A DNA stretch of 64,000 nt from contig CAXXFK010000010.1 of assembly GCA_963663965.2 (NCBI GenBank), positions 224,001 to 288,000 on the forward strand. The letters run 5' to 3'. Shown piece after piece: positions 27,797-39,680 of this stretch. A program made the translations under genes and the position numbers. The notes below the pieces were generated by a model, which had not been told where the DNA came from, ran no database searches, and worked only from the letters and a program-made list of their open reading frames with translations. The stretch is from Sedimentisphaerales bacterium (GTDB lineage Bacteria > Planctomycetota > Phycisphaerae > Sedimentisphaerales > SM23-30). The first letter of the stretch is position 1. Every line of letters starts with the position of its first letter.

Positions 27797-29476
27797 TCAC
27801 CATTTCATTACTGCGCCGGTATCTGCTGAAGTGGCCATTCTGGCATATTTACCCAGGGCGCCATGATTAATTCTGGGTTCCGGAGCAAACCATTTTTCAC
27901 GGCGTTTGGCCAGTTCCGCATCCGATAACTGAGCCCGGATTACACCGGCCGGGATATCGATTTCGACAATGTCACCCGGTTCCAGCAATCCGATCGGACC
28001 GCCTTCCGCGGCTTCCGGACTGATATGCCCGACGCATGCCCCCCGCGTGCCTCCGCTGAAACGGCCATCCGTAATCAACGCCACACTGTCCCCCAATCCG
28101 GCGCCCATAATATAGCTTGTCGGACTAAGCATTTCCTGCATTCCGGGGCCACCCTTGGGGCCTTCATAGCGAATCACCACAACGTCTCCGGACTTGACCT
28201 TGCCACCCAGAATACCGGCACAAGCCTCCTCCTGACTTTCAAAAATAACAGCCGGACCGCTATGACGAAGCATTTTTTCCGATACACCGGCGCTCTTGAC
28301 AACACAACCTTTTGGCGCCAGGTTACCCTTTAAAATCGATAAGCCGCCCTTGGCCGAATAGGCATTGTCCAGAGGGCGTATACAAACCGGGTCCTTAATG
28401 TCAGCCTGAGCGATATTCTCTCCCAGGGTCTTAGTCGTGACGGTAATACAATCCGGTTTGATCAGTCCAGGCACTTTGCTGATCTCTTTCAAGATCGCAC
28501 TGATCCCGCCGGCCTCATGGACATCTTCAATATGATAAGAACTGGAAGGCGAAACTTTGCAAATGGTCGGGGTCCGGCCGGCAATTTCCGCAATCTGGTT
28601 CAAAGTATAATCGATCCCGGCTTCATGGGCCACCGCCAGCGTATGCAGAATGGTATTAGTAGACCCACCCATAGCCACATCCAGAGCGATGGCATTATCC
28701 AGTGCCGATTTAGTCAATATATCCCTGGGCTTAATATCTTTTGCAATCAATTCCATAATTTTTTCGGCAGCAGCACGATATAAACTCTCGCGCCGTGGAT
28801 CCACTGCCGGAATCGTGCCATTGCCCGGCAATGCCAGCCCAATCGCTTCACACAGGCAGTTCATACTGTTGGCCGTAAACATACCGGAACAACTGCCACA
28901 GGTCGGACACCCTTTGTCTTCCAGCTCTTTGAGCTGATTTTCATTAATTTTCCGGGCGTTGTAAGCCGCCACCCCTTCGAAAATGGAGATCAAATCCACC
29001 GCTTTGCCATCAGACGTCTTGCCGGCTTTCATCGGTCCGCCAGACACAAAAATCGTGGGAATATTGACCCGCATGGCAGCCATTAACATGCCGGGGACAA
29101 TTTTGTCACAATTGGGAATGCAAATCATGCCGTCAAAACAATGCGCCCGAACCATCGTTTCAACGGAATCGGCGATAATTTCCCGGCTTGACAATGAATA
29201 TTTCATCCCGGTATGGCCCATTGCCACGCCGTCACAAACCCCTATGGTATTGAACACAAACGGCACTCCCCCAGCGACCCTTACCGCATTTTTAATAAAC
29301 TGCCCCACTTCATTTAAATGAACATGACCAGGAATAATGTCGACATGGCTATTGCAAATGGCGATAAACGGCTTACCCATATCTTCATCTTTGATACCGC
29401 ACGCCTTCAACAGCCCACGATGCGGGGCTCGCTCAAAACCTTTTTTGACCATATCCGAATTCATAACTGTCTCCAT
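27797..29476 (-). CDS. ilvD: Dihydroxy-acid dehydratase
   Basis: [55 protein letters not shown]. Confidence 0.97.
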   Translation of the reverse strand: METVMNSDMVKKGFERAPHRGLLKACGIKDEDMGKPFIAICNSHVDIIPGHVHLNEVGQFIKNAVRVAGGVPFVFNTIGVCDGVAMGHTGMKYSLSSREIIADSVETMVRAHCFDGMICIPNCDKIVPGMLMAAMRVNIPTIFVSGGPMKAGKTSDGKAVDLISIFEGVAAYNARKINENQLKELEDKGCPTCGSCSGMFTANSMNCLCEAIGLALPGNGTIPAVDPRRESLYRAAAEKIMELIAKDIKPRDILTKSALDNAIALDVAMGGSTNTILHTLAVAHEAGIDYTLNQIAEIAGRTPTICKVSPSSSYHIEDVHEAGGISAILKEISKVPGLIKPDCITVTTKTLGENIAQADIKDPVCIRPLDNAYSAKGGLSILKGNLAPKGCVVKSAGVSEKMLRHSGPAVIFESQEEACAGILGGKVKSGDVVVIRYEGPKGGPGMQEMLSPTSYIMGAGLGDSVALITDGRFSGGTRGACVGHISPEAAEGGPIGLLEPGDIVEIDIPAGVIRAQLSDAELAKRREKWFAPEPRINHGALGKYARMATSADTGAVMKW

Positions 29477-29704
29477 ATTTATATAAATGGTAAATAATTA
29501 TCAGTTTTTTGTGCAAAACCGATAGTATAATGGAAATGCCTTATTTGAACAGCTAAATTTCTTCTGAAATATAACCGATGGATTCTGGTTACTATCTGAA
29601 ACAGATTTACCGTTACATGCTATACACTAAATATAATTTTCGTTATTTTCTCACATTACAAACAGTTATAGCAATCTAAATCACTACGCTAACCTGGAGA
29701 TATC

Positions 29705-30208
29705 ATGATTCAAGCTACCATTAAAACCAACCGGGGTGATATTAAACTGAAACTATTTGCCGACAAAACCCCGGTTACGGTTGCCAATTTTGTTAATCTC
29801 GCCCAGCGAGGCTTTTACAATGGAATAAAATTTCACCGGGTGATCGCCAACTTTATGATCCAGGCCGGATGCCCCCACGGGATCGGCACCGGAGGCCCCG
29901 GTTATCAATTTCAGGATGAGTTTGATCCTTCTCTCAAACACGACAAACCGGGCATTCTTTCCATGGCTAATGCCGGACCTGGCACCAACGGCAGTCAGTT
30001 TTTTATTACCCATGTCGAAACACCCTGGCTTGACAGGAAACATTCTGTTTTTGGACAGATTATGGAGCCAGCAGACCAGAAAGTCGTCGACAGTATCCGC
30101 CAGGGCGATAAAATCGAGACGATTGAGATCCTTGGCGACATCTCGGAACTTATGGAAAGCAATAAAGAGTTTATCGAAGCGTGCAACCAGATATTAGAAA
30201 ATAATTGA
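29705..30208 (+). CDS. Cyclophilin-type peptidyl-prolyl isomerase
   Basis: [41 protein letters not shown]. Confidence 0.95.
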   Translation: MIQATIKTNRGDIKLKLFADKTPVTVANFVNLAQRGFYNGIKFHRVIANFMIQAGCPHGIGTGGPGYQFQDEFDPSLKHDKPGILSMANAGPGTNGSQFFITHVETPWLDRKHSVFGQIMEPADQKVVDSIRQGDKIETIEILGDISELMESNKEFIEACNQILENN

Positions 30209-30346
30209 GCGCTTGATTTCTGATGCATATCAAAAAACAAACTCTAACTTTTACAAAATAAATTTGTGGGATTCTCCTGGGCATTTCGCCTGGTCAATTC
30301 CATTTCTATTCCAACAGGCGATTCTATCAATTACCGTCTATTGACG

Positions 30347-31267
30347 CTATAATTCATTCTGTATACGAATAAGCCCATCATAAATCATTTCTAATTCAGG
30401 CGTATCCACCTGTCTGGCCTGAGCCCTCCGAAGCGGTTCGCCAAATATCGATTCGATCTCCATCGGGCGCCCCTGTAAACGATCCAGATGCATCGAAGTA
30501 TAATAAGGCGCCATTTTTATCGTATTTGTCATCATGGCATCAAGAAATTCATCACTGATCTCCAGTTGATAAGCACGCGCGATATTCTGTATCTCCTTCA
30601 TTAGCCGCATGCATCGTTCCTGTAACGCCTGATCGCGAACGATCACATCCACTGTTTTATCCAGCCATGTCGACAAACCATTAAACGGCACATTCCAGAC
30701 CAGTTTTTTCCAGCGCGACAAGGCCAGATTCTCAACCACCTGACAATCAATATCACTTTGAATCATAATATCCGCAAAATCTCTAATTCGCTGATCTGAT
30801 TCTCGTAAATAATTGCCAATATGAATATGACCATAATCCAGATGTTCAATAACACCTGCTTCTGTTCGATTGGAACAGATAAAAGCCAATCCCCCGGCGA
30901 TTTGTTCGACGCAGAACAAACTCGCCAGTATTTCTTCATTCCCCAAACCATTTTGAGCGGTCAATATCAGAGTATTCGGTCCAGTCAAAGGGTGTATCAG
31001 AGATTCATAATTATCTTTTGCGGTGGTTTTCAGTCCAATAAAAACTACGTCCGATATTCCTATTTCATTAACATCCGTATAACATTTTACCTCTTTAAGG
31101 TAAAAATCCCCGCGACAACTTTTTACCCGTAAGCCACACCTCTTGACTATCTCATAATCCCTTCGCATCAGGAAATGGACGTTAAATCCGGCATATGCCA
31201 TTTTTGCCCCATAATACCCCCCCAGCGCCCCGCTTCCAACGATTGTAATTTTTGCTGTTTTTTTCAT
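30347..31267 (-). CDS. panE: 2-dehydropantoate 2-reductase (ApbA/PanE family)
   Basis: VGSGALGGYYG, QNGLG, WKKLVWNVPFNG, TSMHLD..GRPMEIE. Start taken at MKKTAK. Confidence 0.85.
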   Translation of the reverse strand: MKKTAKITIVGSGALGGYYGAKMAYAGFNVHFLMRRDYEIVKRCGLRVKSCRGDFYLKEVKCYTDVNEIGISDVVFIGLKTTAKDNYESLIHPLTGPNTLILTAQNGLGNEEILASLFCVEQIAGGLAFICSNRTEAGVIEHLDYGHIHIGNYLRESDQRIRDFADIMIQSDIDCQVVENLALSRWKKLVWNVPFNGLSTWLDKTVDVIVRDQALQERCMRLMKEIQNIARAYQLEISDEFLDAMMTNTIKMAPYYTSMHLDRLQGRPMEIESIFGEPLRRAQARQVDTPELEMIYDGLIRIQNEL

Positions 31268-31444
31268 ATTTTTAATTTTTTCTGATACCAATTCAAAATT
31301 TATGACATGTTTATAATGTGGAGAAGTTGTTGCAGATATGTTAGTCCCTCCACCATCTATCTGGTACTACCATTCAGATTGCAATTACTTTTATCAGTAT
31401 TGATATTTACTATTAAATGCTTTGTATTAAAGGTATCGATTTTT

Positions 31445-31473
31445 TTGACAAGCATCATTTTATAGTATATACT
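31445..31473 (+). promoter_or_regulatory. sigma70-type promoter of dnaG-rpoD
   Basis: TTGACA-17 nt-TATACT. Confidence 0.7.
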
Positions 31474-31554
31474 TACTTGTTTATAAAAAAACCAAGATTT
31501 TTTAGTGCTTAAACCAGACCCAAACTATAAATTTTAACCTGAAACTAGAGAAAG

Positions 31555-33378
31555 ATGTCGGGGAGTGCTGTGCCGGCATATTTTGAAGAAACGCATGTGC
31601 GTCAAATATTGCAAGCTGTTGATATCGTTGGACTTATCAGCAGCTATCTCTCGTTGAAACCACAAGGCAAAGATTTTGTGGGGCTTTGTCCATTTCATGA
31701 CGATCATCGTCCCAGTATGCATGTAAGCCCTTCCAAACAAATTTTCAAATGTTTTTCCTGTGGCGCAGGAGGCAATATTTTCCAATTTATGATGCTGCGT
31801 GAACGCTTAACCTTTCCTGAAGCTGTCAAACTGCTGGCTGAAAAGGCAGGAATTCAGTTACCCCAACGCCAGCAACCCACGGCAAAAGGACTGGACAGAA
31901 CTGACCTGGAAAAGGTCAACCGCTGGGCAGCTGATTTTTTCCGTCAATTGTTAATAAATCCCGTTACCGGCAAACGGGCTCGCAATTATGTAAAACAACG
32001 CGGCATAAACGACGAATACAGTGAGTTTTTTCAACTGGGATGGGCTCCGGATAGCTGGGATAGCCTGCTCAATGCCGCCAAAGCGGATAATATCCCCCTG
32101 GATCAGCTCAGCCACCTTGGATTGCTCGTTCAGCGGGAAACGGGTGGTTTTTACGACCGTTTTCGTGAACGGCTGATTTTCCCGGTACGGGATAACCTGG
32201 GCCGATTTATCGCCTTTGGCGGCCGCACTTTAGGCGACGATCCGGCCAAGTACCTGAACAGTCCCGAGAGTTCTCTTTTTGATAAAAGCCGTGCGCTTTA
32301 TGGGATTTTTGCCGCCAAAGACGCAATCCATAAACAAAAGTGCGTCATTGTCGTAGAAGGCTACACAGACTGCATTATGGCCCATCAAATGGGCATTTCT
32401 AATGTAGTTGCAACCTTGGGCACCGCTCTGACCGAAGAGCATGCCCGGATTTTATCACGATATACCGACAAGATCATCCTGATGTTCGATGGCGACACTG
32501 CCGGCCGCAAAGCCGCGGACCGCGCCACCGAAATCTTTTTTAAACAACGTATGGAAGTCAGTATCGCTACATTATCCGACAACCGCGATCCATGTGATTT
32601 CCTGCTTCAGGAGGGACCCGAGTCATTCCTGAAGGAGATGGAAGCCGCGTCGGACGCACTCGAATTCAAATGGCGCCAGATGCTTGACAATCTTCAGGCC
32701 CAGGACGGCATCAAAGGCCGTGCGCGCGCGATCGAATTATTCCTGGAATTGATAGCCGATGCAACACTTTCCGGGCATATGGACCAGATCAGCCAGGGAT
32801 TCCTGCTAAATCGGGTATCCAAACTGGTTGAGCGTCCGGTCAATTCAGTACACCAGACTGTTGCACGCATGCAGGCTCGCAAAAAAACGCCCGCAAAACA
32901 GGAGCATGCGATCAGTTCACCCCGGACAATCTCATTTGATGGCCTGACTAATGCCTGGCAGGAGATTATCGAAGTATTGCTGAACGAACCGGAAAGGTTT
33001 GAACAGATTGCCCAGGCGATAACGGAGCTGCCTGAACTGGCCGATCCGGAATTGAATCAGATTCTCAGGCTTGTCAGGCATAGTTGCAGCGTTAATCACG
33101 CCCGCAACTTGAGCGAAATTCTTGCCGGTTGTGAAAGTCCACTACTTTGCGCCCGGATAACCGACCTGGCTGATCGCGGCGGCAAGCGCGGCAATTTTGA
33201 CCAGACACTCGACGGAGCGCTGGCTTATATCCAACGTTCCCAAGAGAAGCAAAACAGGCAGGATATTCGTCAACTGGTCAGCGCAAACGCTCAAGACCTG
33301 GGGCCAGAAGCGCAAACCGCCATGTTGCAGGAATTGCAAATGCGATTGCAGACAAACCATCGAATCAATCTGAATTAA
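31555..33378 (+). CDS. dnaG: DNA primase
   Basis: CPFHDD..FKCFSC zinc finger, DRFRERLIFP, KYLNSPE, VEGYTD, FDGDTAG, DPCD. Confidence 0.97.
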   Translation: MSGSAVPAYFEETHVRQILQAVDIVGLISSYLSLKPQGKDFVGLCPFHDDHRPSMHVSPSKQIFKCFSCGAGGNIFQFMMLRERLTFPEAVKLLAEKAGIQLPQRQQPTAKGLDRTDLEKVNRWAADFFRQLLINPVTGKRARNYVKQRGINDEYSEFFQLGWAPDSWDSLLNAAKADNIPLDQLSHLGLLVQRETGGFYDRFRERLIFPVRDNLGRFIAFGGRTLGDDPAKYLNSPESSLFDKSRALYGIFAAKDAIHKQKCVIVVEGYTDCIMAHQMGISNVVATLGTALTEEHARILSRYTDKIILMFDGDTAGRKAADRATEIFFKQRMEVSIATLSDNRDPCDFLLQEGPESFLKEMEAASDALEFKWRQMLDNLQAQDGIKGRARAIELFLELIADATLSGHMDQISQGFLLNRVSKLVERPVNSVHQTVARMQARKKTPAKQEHAISSPRTISFDGLTNAWQEIIEVLLNEPERFEQIAQAITELPELADPELNQILRLVRHSCSVNHARNLSEILAGCESPLLCARITDLADRGGKRGNFDQTLDGALAYIQRSQEKQNRQDIRQLVSANAQDLGPEAQTAMLQELQMRLQTNHRINLN

Positions 33379-33503
33379 ACACCATGCCTTTCACGGAAAG
33401 GCATAATGACTGTTATTCTCGAATGGATCCGTTGATCCACTTGAGCAGAATAAACTTAACCTTACCGGTTTTTTGTTAACCGGCTTGAACGAATGAGACA
33501 GAG

Positions 33504-35234
33504 TTGCAAACACTACCAGAAATTGATCACGGAGAGTCGAAGTTGGCTGAGAAAACGAACGAAAACATGAACCTTAACGAGAGCCTGAAAGGATTGATCG
33601 AAAAAGGCAAGGAGCGCGGCTATATCACCTATGAGGAGATGAACGACGAGTTGCCTGAAGATAATATATCACCAGATCACCTGGACAATCTTTTAATGGC
33701 CCTGGATGATATGGGTGTCGACCTGATCGACGAAACCGAACTCGAAAAACGAATCGCCGAAGAAGACACGCCCCATTTTGAAGAATCAAGCCCTGATGAG
33801 GATTTCTTTGGCGGCGAGCAACGGATCGATGATCCGGTGCGAATGTACCTTACCCAGATGGGTGAAATCCCCCTGCTTACCCGGGATGAAGAAATTGCTC
33901 TGGCCCGACGGATTGAACTGGCTCGCATGGCGTTTCGTCGCCGGATCCTCGAAAACGATTACTGCATGGAACAGGCCATTGCCATACTTGAACAGGTGGA
34001 ACACAGCGACCTTCCCTTTGATCGGACTATGCGGATTTCCACCGCCGACCACCAAGCTAAAAATGCCGTTCTGAAACGGATTCCTAATAATATCACCACG
34101 GTTCGAAAAATTATTGAACTTAATAAAAACGACTGGCTGGAGATGAACCGTTCTGAAGATCCGGCCGTCAAAATCAAATTGCGGGTCCAGATCAAACAGC
34201 GTCGGCGCCGGGCGGCCGCACTACTGGAAGAGCTGGCCTTACGGACCAGCCGCATTCAACCCCTGCTAAACAAACTCGAGGGAATTCTCAGAAAACTGGA
34301 AACGCTTCAGGACCAGTTAGCCAATCCCAAAAAATACAACCTGAACCCAGAAGATATTCAGGTGATTGAGGATGAACTGGCCGGCATTAAAGAAATGGTG
34401 CTTGAAGACATCAACTCCCTGCGCAAATTCTATACTAAAACCCGCAGAGTTTTCAAGGAATATGAAAACGCCAAACGTAAACTCAGCGGCGCCAACCTGC
34501 GACTGGTCGTGTCTATCGCCAAGAAATATCGCAATCGTGGTCTCAGCTTCCTCGATATCATCCAGGAAGGCAACACCGGCCTGATGCGCGCCGTCGATAA
34601 ATATGAGTATAAACGCGGTTATAAATTCAGCACTTACGCCACCTGGTGGATACGCCAGGCGATTACCCGTTCGATCGCCGATCATGCCCGTACGATCCGT
34701 ATCCCGGTTCACATGATCGAAACCATGAGCCGGATCCGTAACGCCAGTAAAAAGCTTCAACAGGAAATGGGCGTTGAACCCACCATTGAAGAAATTGCCG
34801 AAGCAGTCGATATGCCGGTATCCGAAGTTCGACGTGTTATGAAAATCTCCCGGCATCCCATCAGCCTGGATCGACCAGTGGGTGAAAGCGAAGACAGCTA
34901 TTTTGGCGACTTTATCGAAGATGACGCCGCCGAATCCCCCATTGTGTCGGCGACCCATGAAATGCTTAAGGAACGTATCGACGCGGTATTAAAAACCTTG
35001 ACTTACCGTGAACGCGAAATTATTAAACTTCGTTATGGCATCGGCGATGGATACACCTATACGCTAGAAGAAGTGGGCCGCATATTCAAGGTCACCCGTG
35101 AACGCGTTCGACAGGTTGAAGCCAAGGCGATCCGGAAATTACAACATCCGGTCCGATCGCGCAAACTGGAAGGCTTCATGGATAAAATCGACCGTAAGGC
35201 CATGCAATTCGACGAATTTGAAACCGAAGAATAA
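33504..35234 (+). CDS. rpoD: RNA polymerase primary sigma factor
   Basis: [50 protein letters not shown]. Exact start uncertain. Confidence 0.97.
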   Translation: MQTLPEIDHGESKLAEKTNENMNLNESLKGLIEKGKERGYITYEEMNDELPEDNISPDHLDNLLMALDDMGVDLIDETELEKRIAEEDTPHFEESSPDEDFFGGEQRIDDPVRMYLTQMGEIPLLTRDEEIALARRIELARMAFRRRILENDYCMEQAIAILEQVEHSDLPFDRTMRISTADHQAKNAVLKRIPNNITTVRKIIELNKNDWLEMNRSEDPAVKIKLRVQIKQRRRRAAALLEELALRTSRIQPLLNKLEGILRKLETLQDQLANPKKYNLNPEDIQVIEDELAGIKEMVLEDINSLRKFYTKTRRVFKEYENAKRKLSGANLRLVVSIAKKYRNRGLSFLDIIQEGNTGLMRAVDKYEYKRGYKFSTYATWWIRQAITRSIADHARTIRIPVHMIETMSRIRNASKKLQQEMGVEPTIEEIAEAVDMPVSEVRRVMKISRHPISLDRPVGESEDSYFGDFIEDDAAESPIVSATHEMLKERIDAVLKTLTYREREIIKLRYGIGDGYTYTLEEVGRIFKVTRERVRQVEAKAIRKLQHPVRSRKLEGFMDKIDRKAMQFDEFETEE

Positions 35235-35290
35235 TACTCACAAATTGACAGTACTAACCGCTGCTCTCCGCCGGTTTTTTATGCCCCGAT

Positions 35291-36184
35291 TTAACCGATA
35301 TGCTCCACCAGCGCCGAGAGTTGCGTACTGATTAACATCAGATAATGCAGTTCATGATGACTGTAAGGATCCTGATCACAGCCGTTATCCAGATAGATAA
35401 CGCCATAAACCCCGGCCGGCGAGGTGATGGGTGTGGCAATCGCTGAACAGATTCTCTGAATGGCCGGATTCTGGCGAACGTCATCAGTAAAAAACTCACC
35501 AAAGTTAGTCAATAACATAAATGATTGTTCTTGGATTGAGTGACGGATCACATCTTTGCCCGCCAGTCCCTCGATACTGATATGCGAACCATCGCGGATC
35601 AATCCCTTATGGCAAGTCAGCGGTCCATCAGAAGTTTCTCGCAAGCCGATCCAGATATGATACCCTTTCAGCTGTTTGATTAATATCGACGCCAGACTTT
35701 CCAGCAAAGCTTCTTCATCTGTCTGTCCAAACAGTTGCAGATTCAAATAATACAAATCCTGTAACTGTTTTGCATTCAAGTGAATCATAGGAATCGATTT
35801 GCAGGAAACTTTATAAAAACCAGAAGCATCGATATGCTGTCCCACCATCGTGTCATCCATATCCACAGGGGTGCCGGCATGCTGGGCGCTGATCGCCTGA
35901 TCAAAATGTACTTCCATACAGAAATCGGCGATCCCGACGACATCCCCTTCATGCAATTCATCCCGTTGTATCATCCGTCCGTTTAATAAGGTGCAATTGG
36001 ATGATTGCAAGTCCTGAACAAACCATTGTCCCGTTGCATTCGTAAACAGGACGGCATGTTGCCTGGATATGGTCCGGTCTGGCAGATAAATCTGACAAGA
36101 TGCTTTCCGGCCGATATAAACTGGACCATCGGTAAACCGAAGTTCATTTATCAACGTACCACCTCGTCGTATCGTCAATCTCAT
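35291..36184 (-). CDS. FHA plus GAF domain protein
   Basis: IGR..ISRQHA..DLQSSNCT FHA motifs; C-terminal SAIATPI..GVIYLDN GAF-like. Confidence 0.85.
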   Translation of the reverse strand: MRLTIRRGGTLINELRFTDGPVYIGRKASCQIYLPDRTISRQHAVLFTNATGQWFVQDLQSSNCTLLNGRMIQRDELHEGDVVGIADFCMEVHFDQAISAQHAGTPVDMDDTMVGQHIDASGFYKVSCKSIPMIHLNAKQLQDLYYLNLQLFGQTDEEALLESLASILIKQLKGYHIWIGLRETSDGPLTCHKGLIRDGSHISIEGLAGKDVIRHSIQEQSFMLLTNFGEFFTDDVRQNPAIQRICSAIATPITSPAGVYGVIYLDNGCDQDPYSHHELHYLMLISTQLSALVEHIG

Positions 36185-36477
36185 ACATAGACCCTTTGTT
36201 ATAGAACGGTTTATTTAAATTATATCTTGCGACTGCGTGCAAGTCAAACAATCGCCTGATAAAACCAATTTAATAACTTCAATTCAAATTACAGGGAACA
36301 ACTCTGCTGTTCCGGCTAGTACCGGAGGCATTTTATAAAAAGTAATTTATCAACCTGTATTTTTTACTTATTTAGACAAATCCTTTTCAGCCAGATTTAA
36401 GCCCTGTAAATTACCGGTTGTCACGCTATAATATCAGGTAAACCCAAAATTCATAACAATATTGCCAATTAAATGAT

Positions 36478-37578
36478 ATGAATCAAACCAATCCATCCAT
36501 ATTAGTTGCCATGTCAGGCGGCGTGGATAGCAGTACTGCGGCCGCCCTGCTTAAGCAACAAGGCTTTCACGTTAAAGGTCTCTATATGGATATGGGACTG
36601 GCTCATAAAAACCGCCTCGATTCCGAAGGACGGATTGTCAATGATAAAACCGATGCTCAAAGAATCGCCGATCAACTGGATATTGAACTGCAAATTGTCG
36701 ATTTTCGCGATTCCATACGCCAAGTCATAGACTACTTCATAGCCGAATACCGTCATGCCCGCACTCCCAATCCCTGTATCATGTGTAACCGCAAACTCAA
36801 ATTCGGCCGCATTCTTCAATTCGCAGAATCGATTGGAACTGATCAAATCGCAACCGGCCATTATGCCCGTATTCTTAATGAAAGTGGCCAGTTCCAACTT
36901 TGTCGCGCCAGCAACCACGCCAAGGACCAGTCTTATGCCCTGTTTGGCATTGGTTATCAAAACCTGCCCCGCATACGATTTCCGCTCGGTGACTTTTCCA
37001 AAGATGCAATCCGCGAGATGGCTCAACAAATGGACTTGCCTGTCCATGATAAAGGAGATTCTCAGGAGATCTGTTTTGTGCCCGATGATGATTATGTCCG
37101 CTTTCTGGAAGAACTGGCTCCCGATCTCAAACAATCCGGTAAAATTATCGATACCCGTGGTAATATTCTGGGTAACCATCAAGGCATCTATCGCTATACC
37201 ATCGGGCAACGGCGCGGTCTGGGGATCGCCCTGGGCATACCGGCCTATGTCGTCGATATCGATGCCAGGAATCATACAGTCACGTTGGGAAACAATGATG
37301 ATCTGCTCCGCGAAACGCTTGTTGTCGAAAATACCTGCTGGATGCTATCAACCCCACCGGGTGAACCCTTTCATGCTACAGTACAAATCCGCTATAACCA
37401 TCGTGGCTCTCCAGCTACTGTCATTCCTCATCCTGAAACCAATAGTGCTACAGTCCAGTTTAATGTCCCCGTCCGGGCCGTCACCCCCGGTCAGGCCGCC
37501 GTTTTTTACCAGAACACCCAAGTCCTCGGCGGCGGATGGATCGCCTCATCATCCGATTTTAAAAGTTTCCAGATGTGA
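36478..37578 (+). CDS. mnmA: tRNA-specific 2-thiouridylase
   Basis: AMSGGVDSS, TPNPCIMCN, ATGHYA, KDQSY, SQEICF, TIGQRRGLG, TPGQAAVFY. Confidence 0.97.
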   Translation: MNQTNPSILVAMSGGVDSSTAAALLKQQGFHVKGLYMDMGLAHKNRLDSEGRIVNDKTDAQRIADQLDIELQIVDFRDSIRQVIDYFIAEYRHARTPNPCIMCNRKLKFGRILQFAESIGTDQIATGHYARILNESGQFQLCRASNHAKDQSYALFGIGYQNLPRIRFPLGDFSKDAIREMAQQMDLPVHDKGDSQEICFVPDDDYVRFLEELAPDLKQSGKIIDTRGNILGNHQGIYRYTIGQRRGLGIALGIPAYVVDIDARNHTVTLGNNDDLLRETLVVENTCWMLSTPPGEPFHATVQIRYNHRGSPATVIPHPETNSATVQFNVPVRAVTPGQAAVFYQNTQVLGGGWIASSSDFKSFQM

Positions 37579-37687
37579 TAGATTTATCTTAGATTCCTCC
37601 ATAATTTAGTACCAATGTCGTTATACCGTCATCCTGGGATCCCCCCAAAATAAATCAAACCCGATTTTCGCGTTTTTTATTCTTTCG

Positions 37688-37716
37688 TTGACTTTACCTC
37701 AATTTCCTGTTATCAT
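37688..37716 (+). promoter_or_regulatory. sigma70-type promoter of pckG
   Basis: TTGACT-17 nt-TATCAT with extended TG. Confidence 0.55.
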
Positions 37717-37812
37717 CTTTAGGCTTTGGTGGTCGTCTACCAGGGCCCAAAGCAGTAACTTTTTGTTAATTAATTAGTTAAAATCACCCCATAAACAATA
37801 CAGGAGTTTTAC

Positions 37813-39615
37813 ATGCCTTTAACTGCGCACCAGAAACTGAACGAATGGATCGACGAAATGGCGGCAATGTGCCAGCCGGATAAAATCGTTTTGATAGACG
37901 GCAGCGAGGAACAAAAGCAGGCGCTTACCCGGAAAGCCTGTTCGACCGGCGAAATACTCGAACTGAATCAGGAAAAACTGCCTGGTTGTTATTACCACCG
38001 TACTGCAGTCAACGATGTCGCTCGCGTGGAACATCTGACCTATATTTGTACATCCCTGAAGGAAGATGCCGGGCCTAACAATAACTGGATGAGCCCGGAA
38101 GAGGGTTACCGGCAGGCCAGCAATCATTTTATCGGCGCCATGAAAGGCCGGACGATGTATATCATTCCATTTTCCATGGGCCCGGTGGGTTCACCTTTCA
38201 GCAAAATTGGAATTGAACTGACCGATAGTATTTATGTTGTTTTGAACATGATCATCATGACCCGTGTCGGATCGGATGTCCTGGAAGCGCTGGGCTCGGG
38301 CGGCGAATTTACCAAATGCCTGCATAGCAAAGCCGATCTGGATATTGCAAAACGACTGATACTCCATTTCCCTGAAGATAATACTATCTGGTCCGTCGGC
38401 AGTGGTTATGGCGGCAATGTATTGCTGGGTAAAAAATGTCTGGCCTTGCGGATCGCCAGTTATCTCGCCCGCAAAGAAATGTGGATGGCAGAACATATGC
38501 TGATTCTGGGTATTGAAGATCCTACTGGTCGCATCGAATATCTAGCCGCCGCCTTCCCCAGCGCCTGTGGCAAAACCAACCTCGCCATGCTGATCCCGCC
38601 AGAAGGCCTCAAGGTTAAAGGCTATCGGATCTGGACGGTCGGCGACGATATCGCCTGGATGCGTATCGACACGGATGGACGGCTCTGGGCCATTAATCCG
38701 GAAAACGGTTTCTTTGGCGTGGCTCCCGGCACCAATACCAAAACCAATCCCAATGCGGTGAAGACCGTTCAGAAAAACACGATTTTTACCAACGTAGTGC
38801 TCAATCCAGACGGCACGGTGTGGTGGGAAGATGGCGACGGCGAACCGGCGGCCGAAGGCGCGCTGGACTGGCAGGGACGTCCCTGGAAAAAAGGCATGAC
38901 CGACGAAAATGGCAAACCGATCCCGGGCGCCCATCCCAACAGCCGCTTTACCGCTCCGATCAGTCAATGTCCCTCCCATTCGTTCCGTACCGAACATCAT
39001 CATGGGGTTCCGATCTCCGCGATCGTCTTTGGCGGCCGCCGGGCCAAACTGGCGCCCCTGGTCTATCAATCGTTCGATTGGAAACACGGGGTTTACCTGG
39101 GCGCGACCATGGCCAGTGAACGTACTGCCGCCCAGGTGGGTAAAGTCGGCGAAATCCGGCGTGATCCAATGGCCATGCTGCCTTTCTGCGGCTATAACAT
39201 GGCCGATTATTTCGAACACTGGCTCCGCATGGGGATTCGTATGCGATGGCAACCGAAAATTTTCCATGTCAACTGGTTCCGCCAGGATGACGAAGGGCAG
39301 TTCCTCTGGCCGGGTTATGGCGAAAATCTCCGGGTACTCGAATGGATCCTGGCTCGTTGCCGCAATGAAGTTGAAGGAGTAAAAACCGCCATCGGTTTCA
39401 TCCCCAAACCAGACGATCTCGATATGACCGGTCTGGATATGCCAGCGGCATCGATGAAAAAACTCTTTGAGATCGATCCGCAGGCATGGCGCGATGAAAT
39501 GGGACGGATCGAAGAATACTTCAAAAAGTTCGGAGACCGTCTGCCCATCGAAATGTTGGCACAACATGAAGCCCTCAAACTCCGGCTTGAAGAACTGGGT
39601 GGCTCCCATATATAA
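37813..39615 (+). CDS. pckG: Phosphoenolpyruvate carboxykinase (GTP)
   Basis: GSGYGGN.LLGKKC, AFPSACGKTN, VGDDIAW, NPENGFFGVAPGT, HPNSRF, DPMAMLPFCGYN. Confidence 0.97.
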   Translation: MPLTAHQKLNEWIDEMAAMCQPDKIVLIDGSEEQKQALTRKACSTGEILELNQEKLPGCYYHRTAVNDVARVEHLTYICTSLKEDAGPNNNWMSPEEGYRQASNHFIGAMKGRTMYIIPFSMGPVGSPFSKIGIELTDSIYVVLNMIIMTRVGSDVLEALGSGGEFTKCLHSKADLDIAKRLILHFPEDNTIWSVGSGYGGNVLLGKKCLALRIASYLARKEMWMAEHMLILGIEDPTGRIEYLAAAFPSACGKTNLAMLIPPEGLKVKGYRIWTVGDDIAWMRIDTDGRLWAINPENGFFGVAPGTNTKTNPNAVKTVQKNTIFTNVVLNPDGTVWWEDGDGEPAAEGALDWQGRPWKKGMTDENGKPIPGAHPNSRFTAPISQCPSHSFRTEHHHGVPISAIVFGGRRAKLAPLVYQSFDWKHGVYLGATMASERTAAQVGKVGEIRRDPMAMLPFCGYNMADYFEHWLRMGIRMRWQPKIFHVNWFRQDDEGQFLWPGYGENLRVLEWILARCRNEVEGVKTAIGFIPKPDDLDMTGLDMPAASMKKLFEIDPQAWRDEMGRIEEYFKKFGDRLPIEMLAQHEALKLRLEELGGSHI

Positions 39616-39680
39616 GTTAAAAACCAGAATGTCTTGGGGAATCCGATTTGGATTCCCCTTTTCATTTTCAGGAAATCCTG

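Noticed and set aside
36755..37609. 284-aa alternative-frame ORF
   Set aside because: Lies within mnmA in another frame; low-information sequence.
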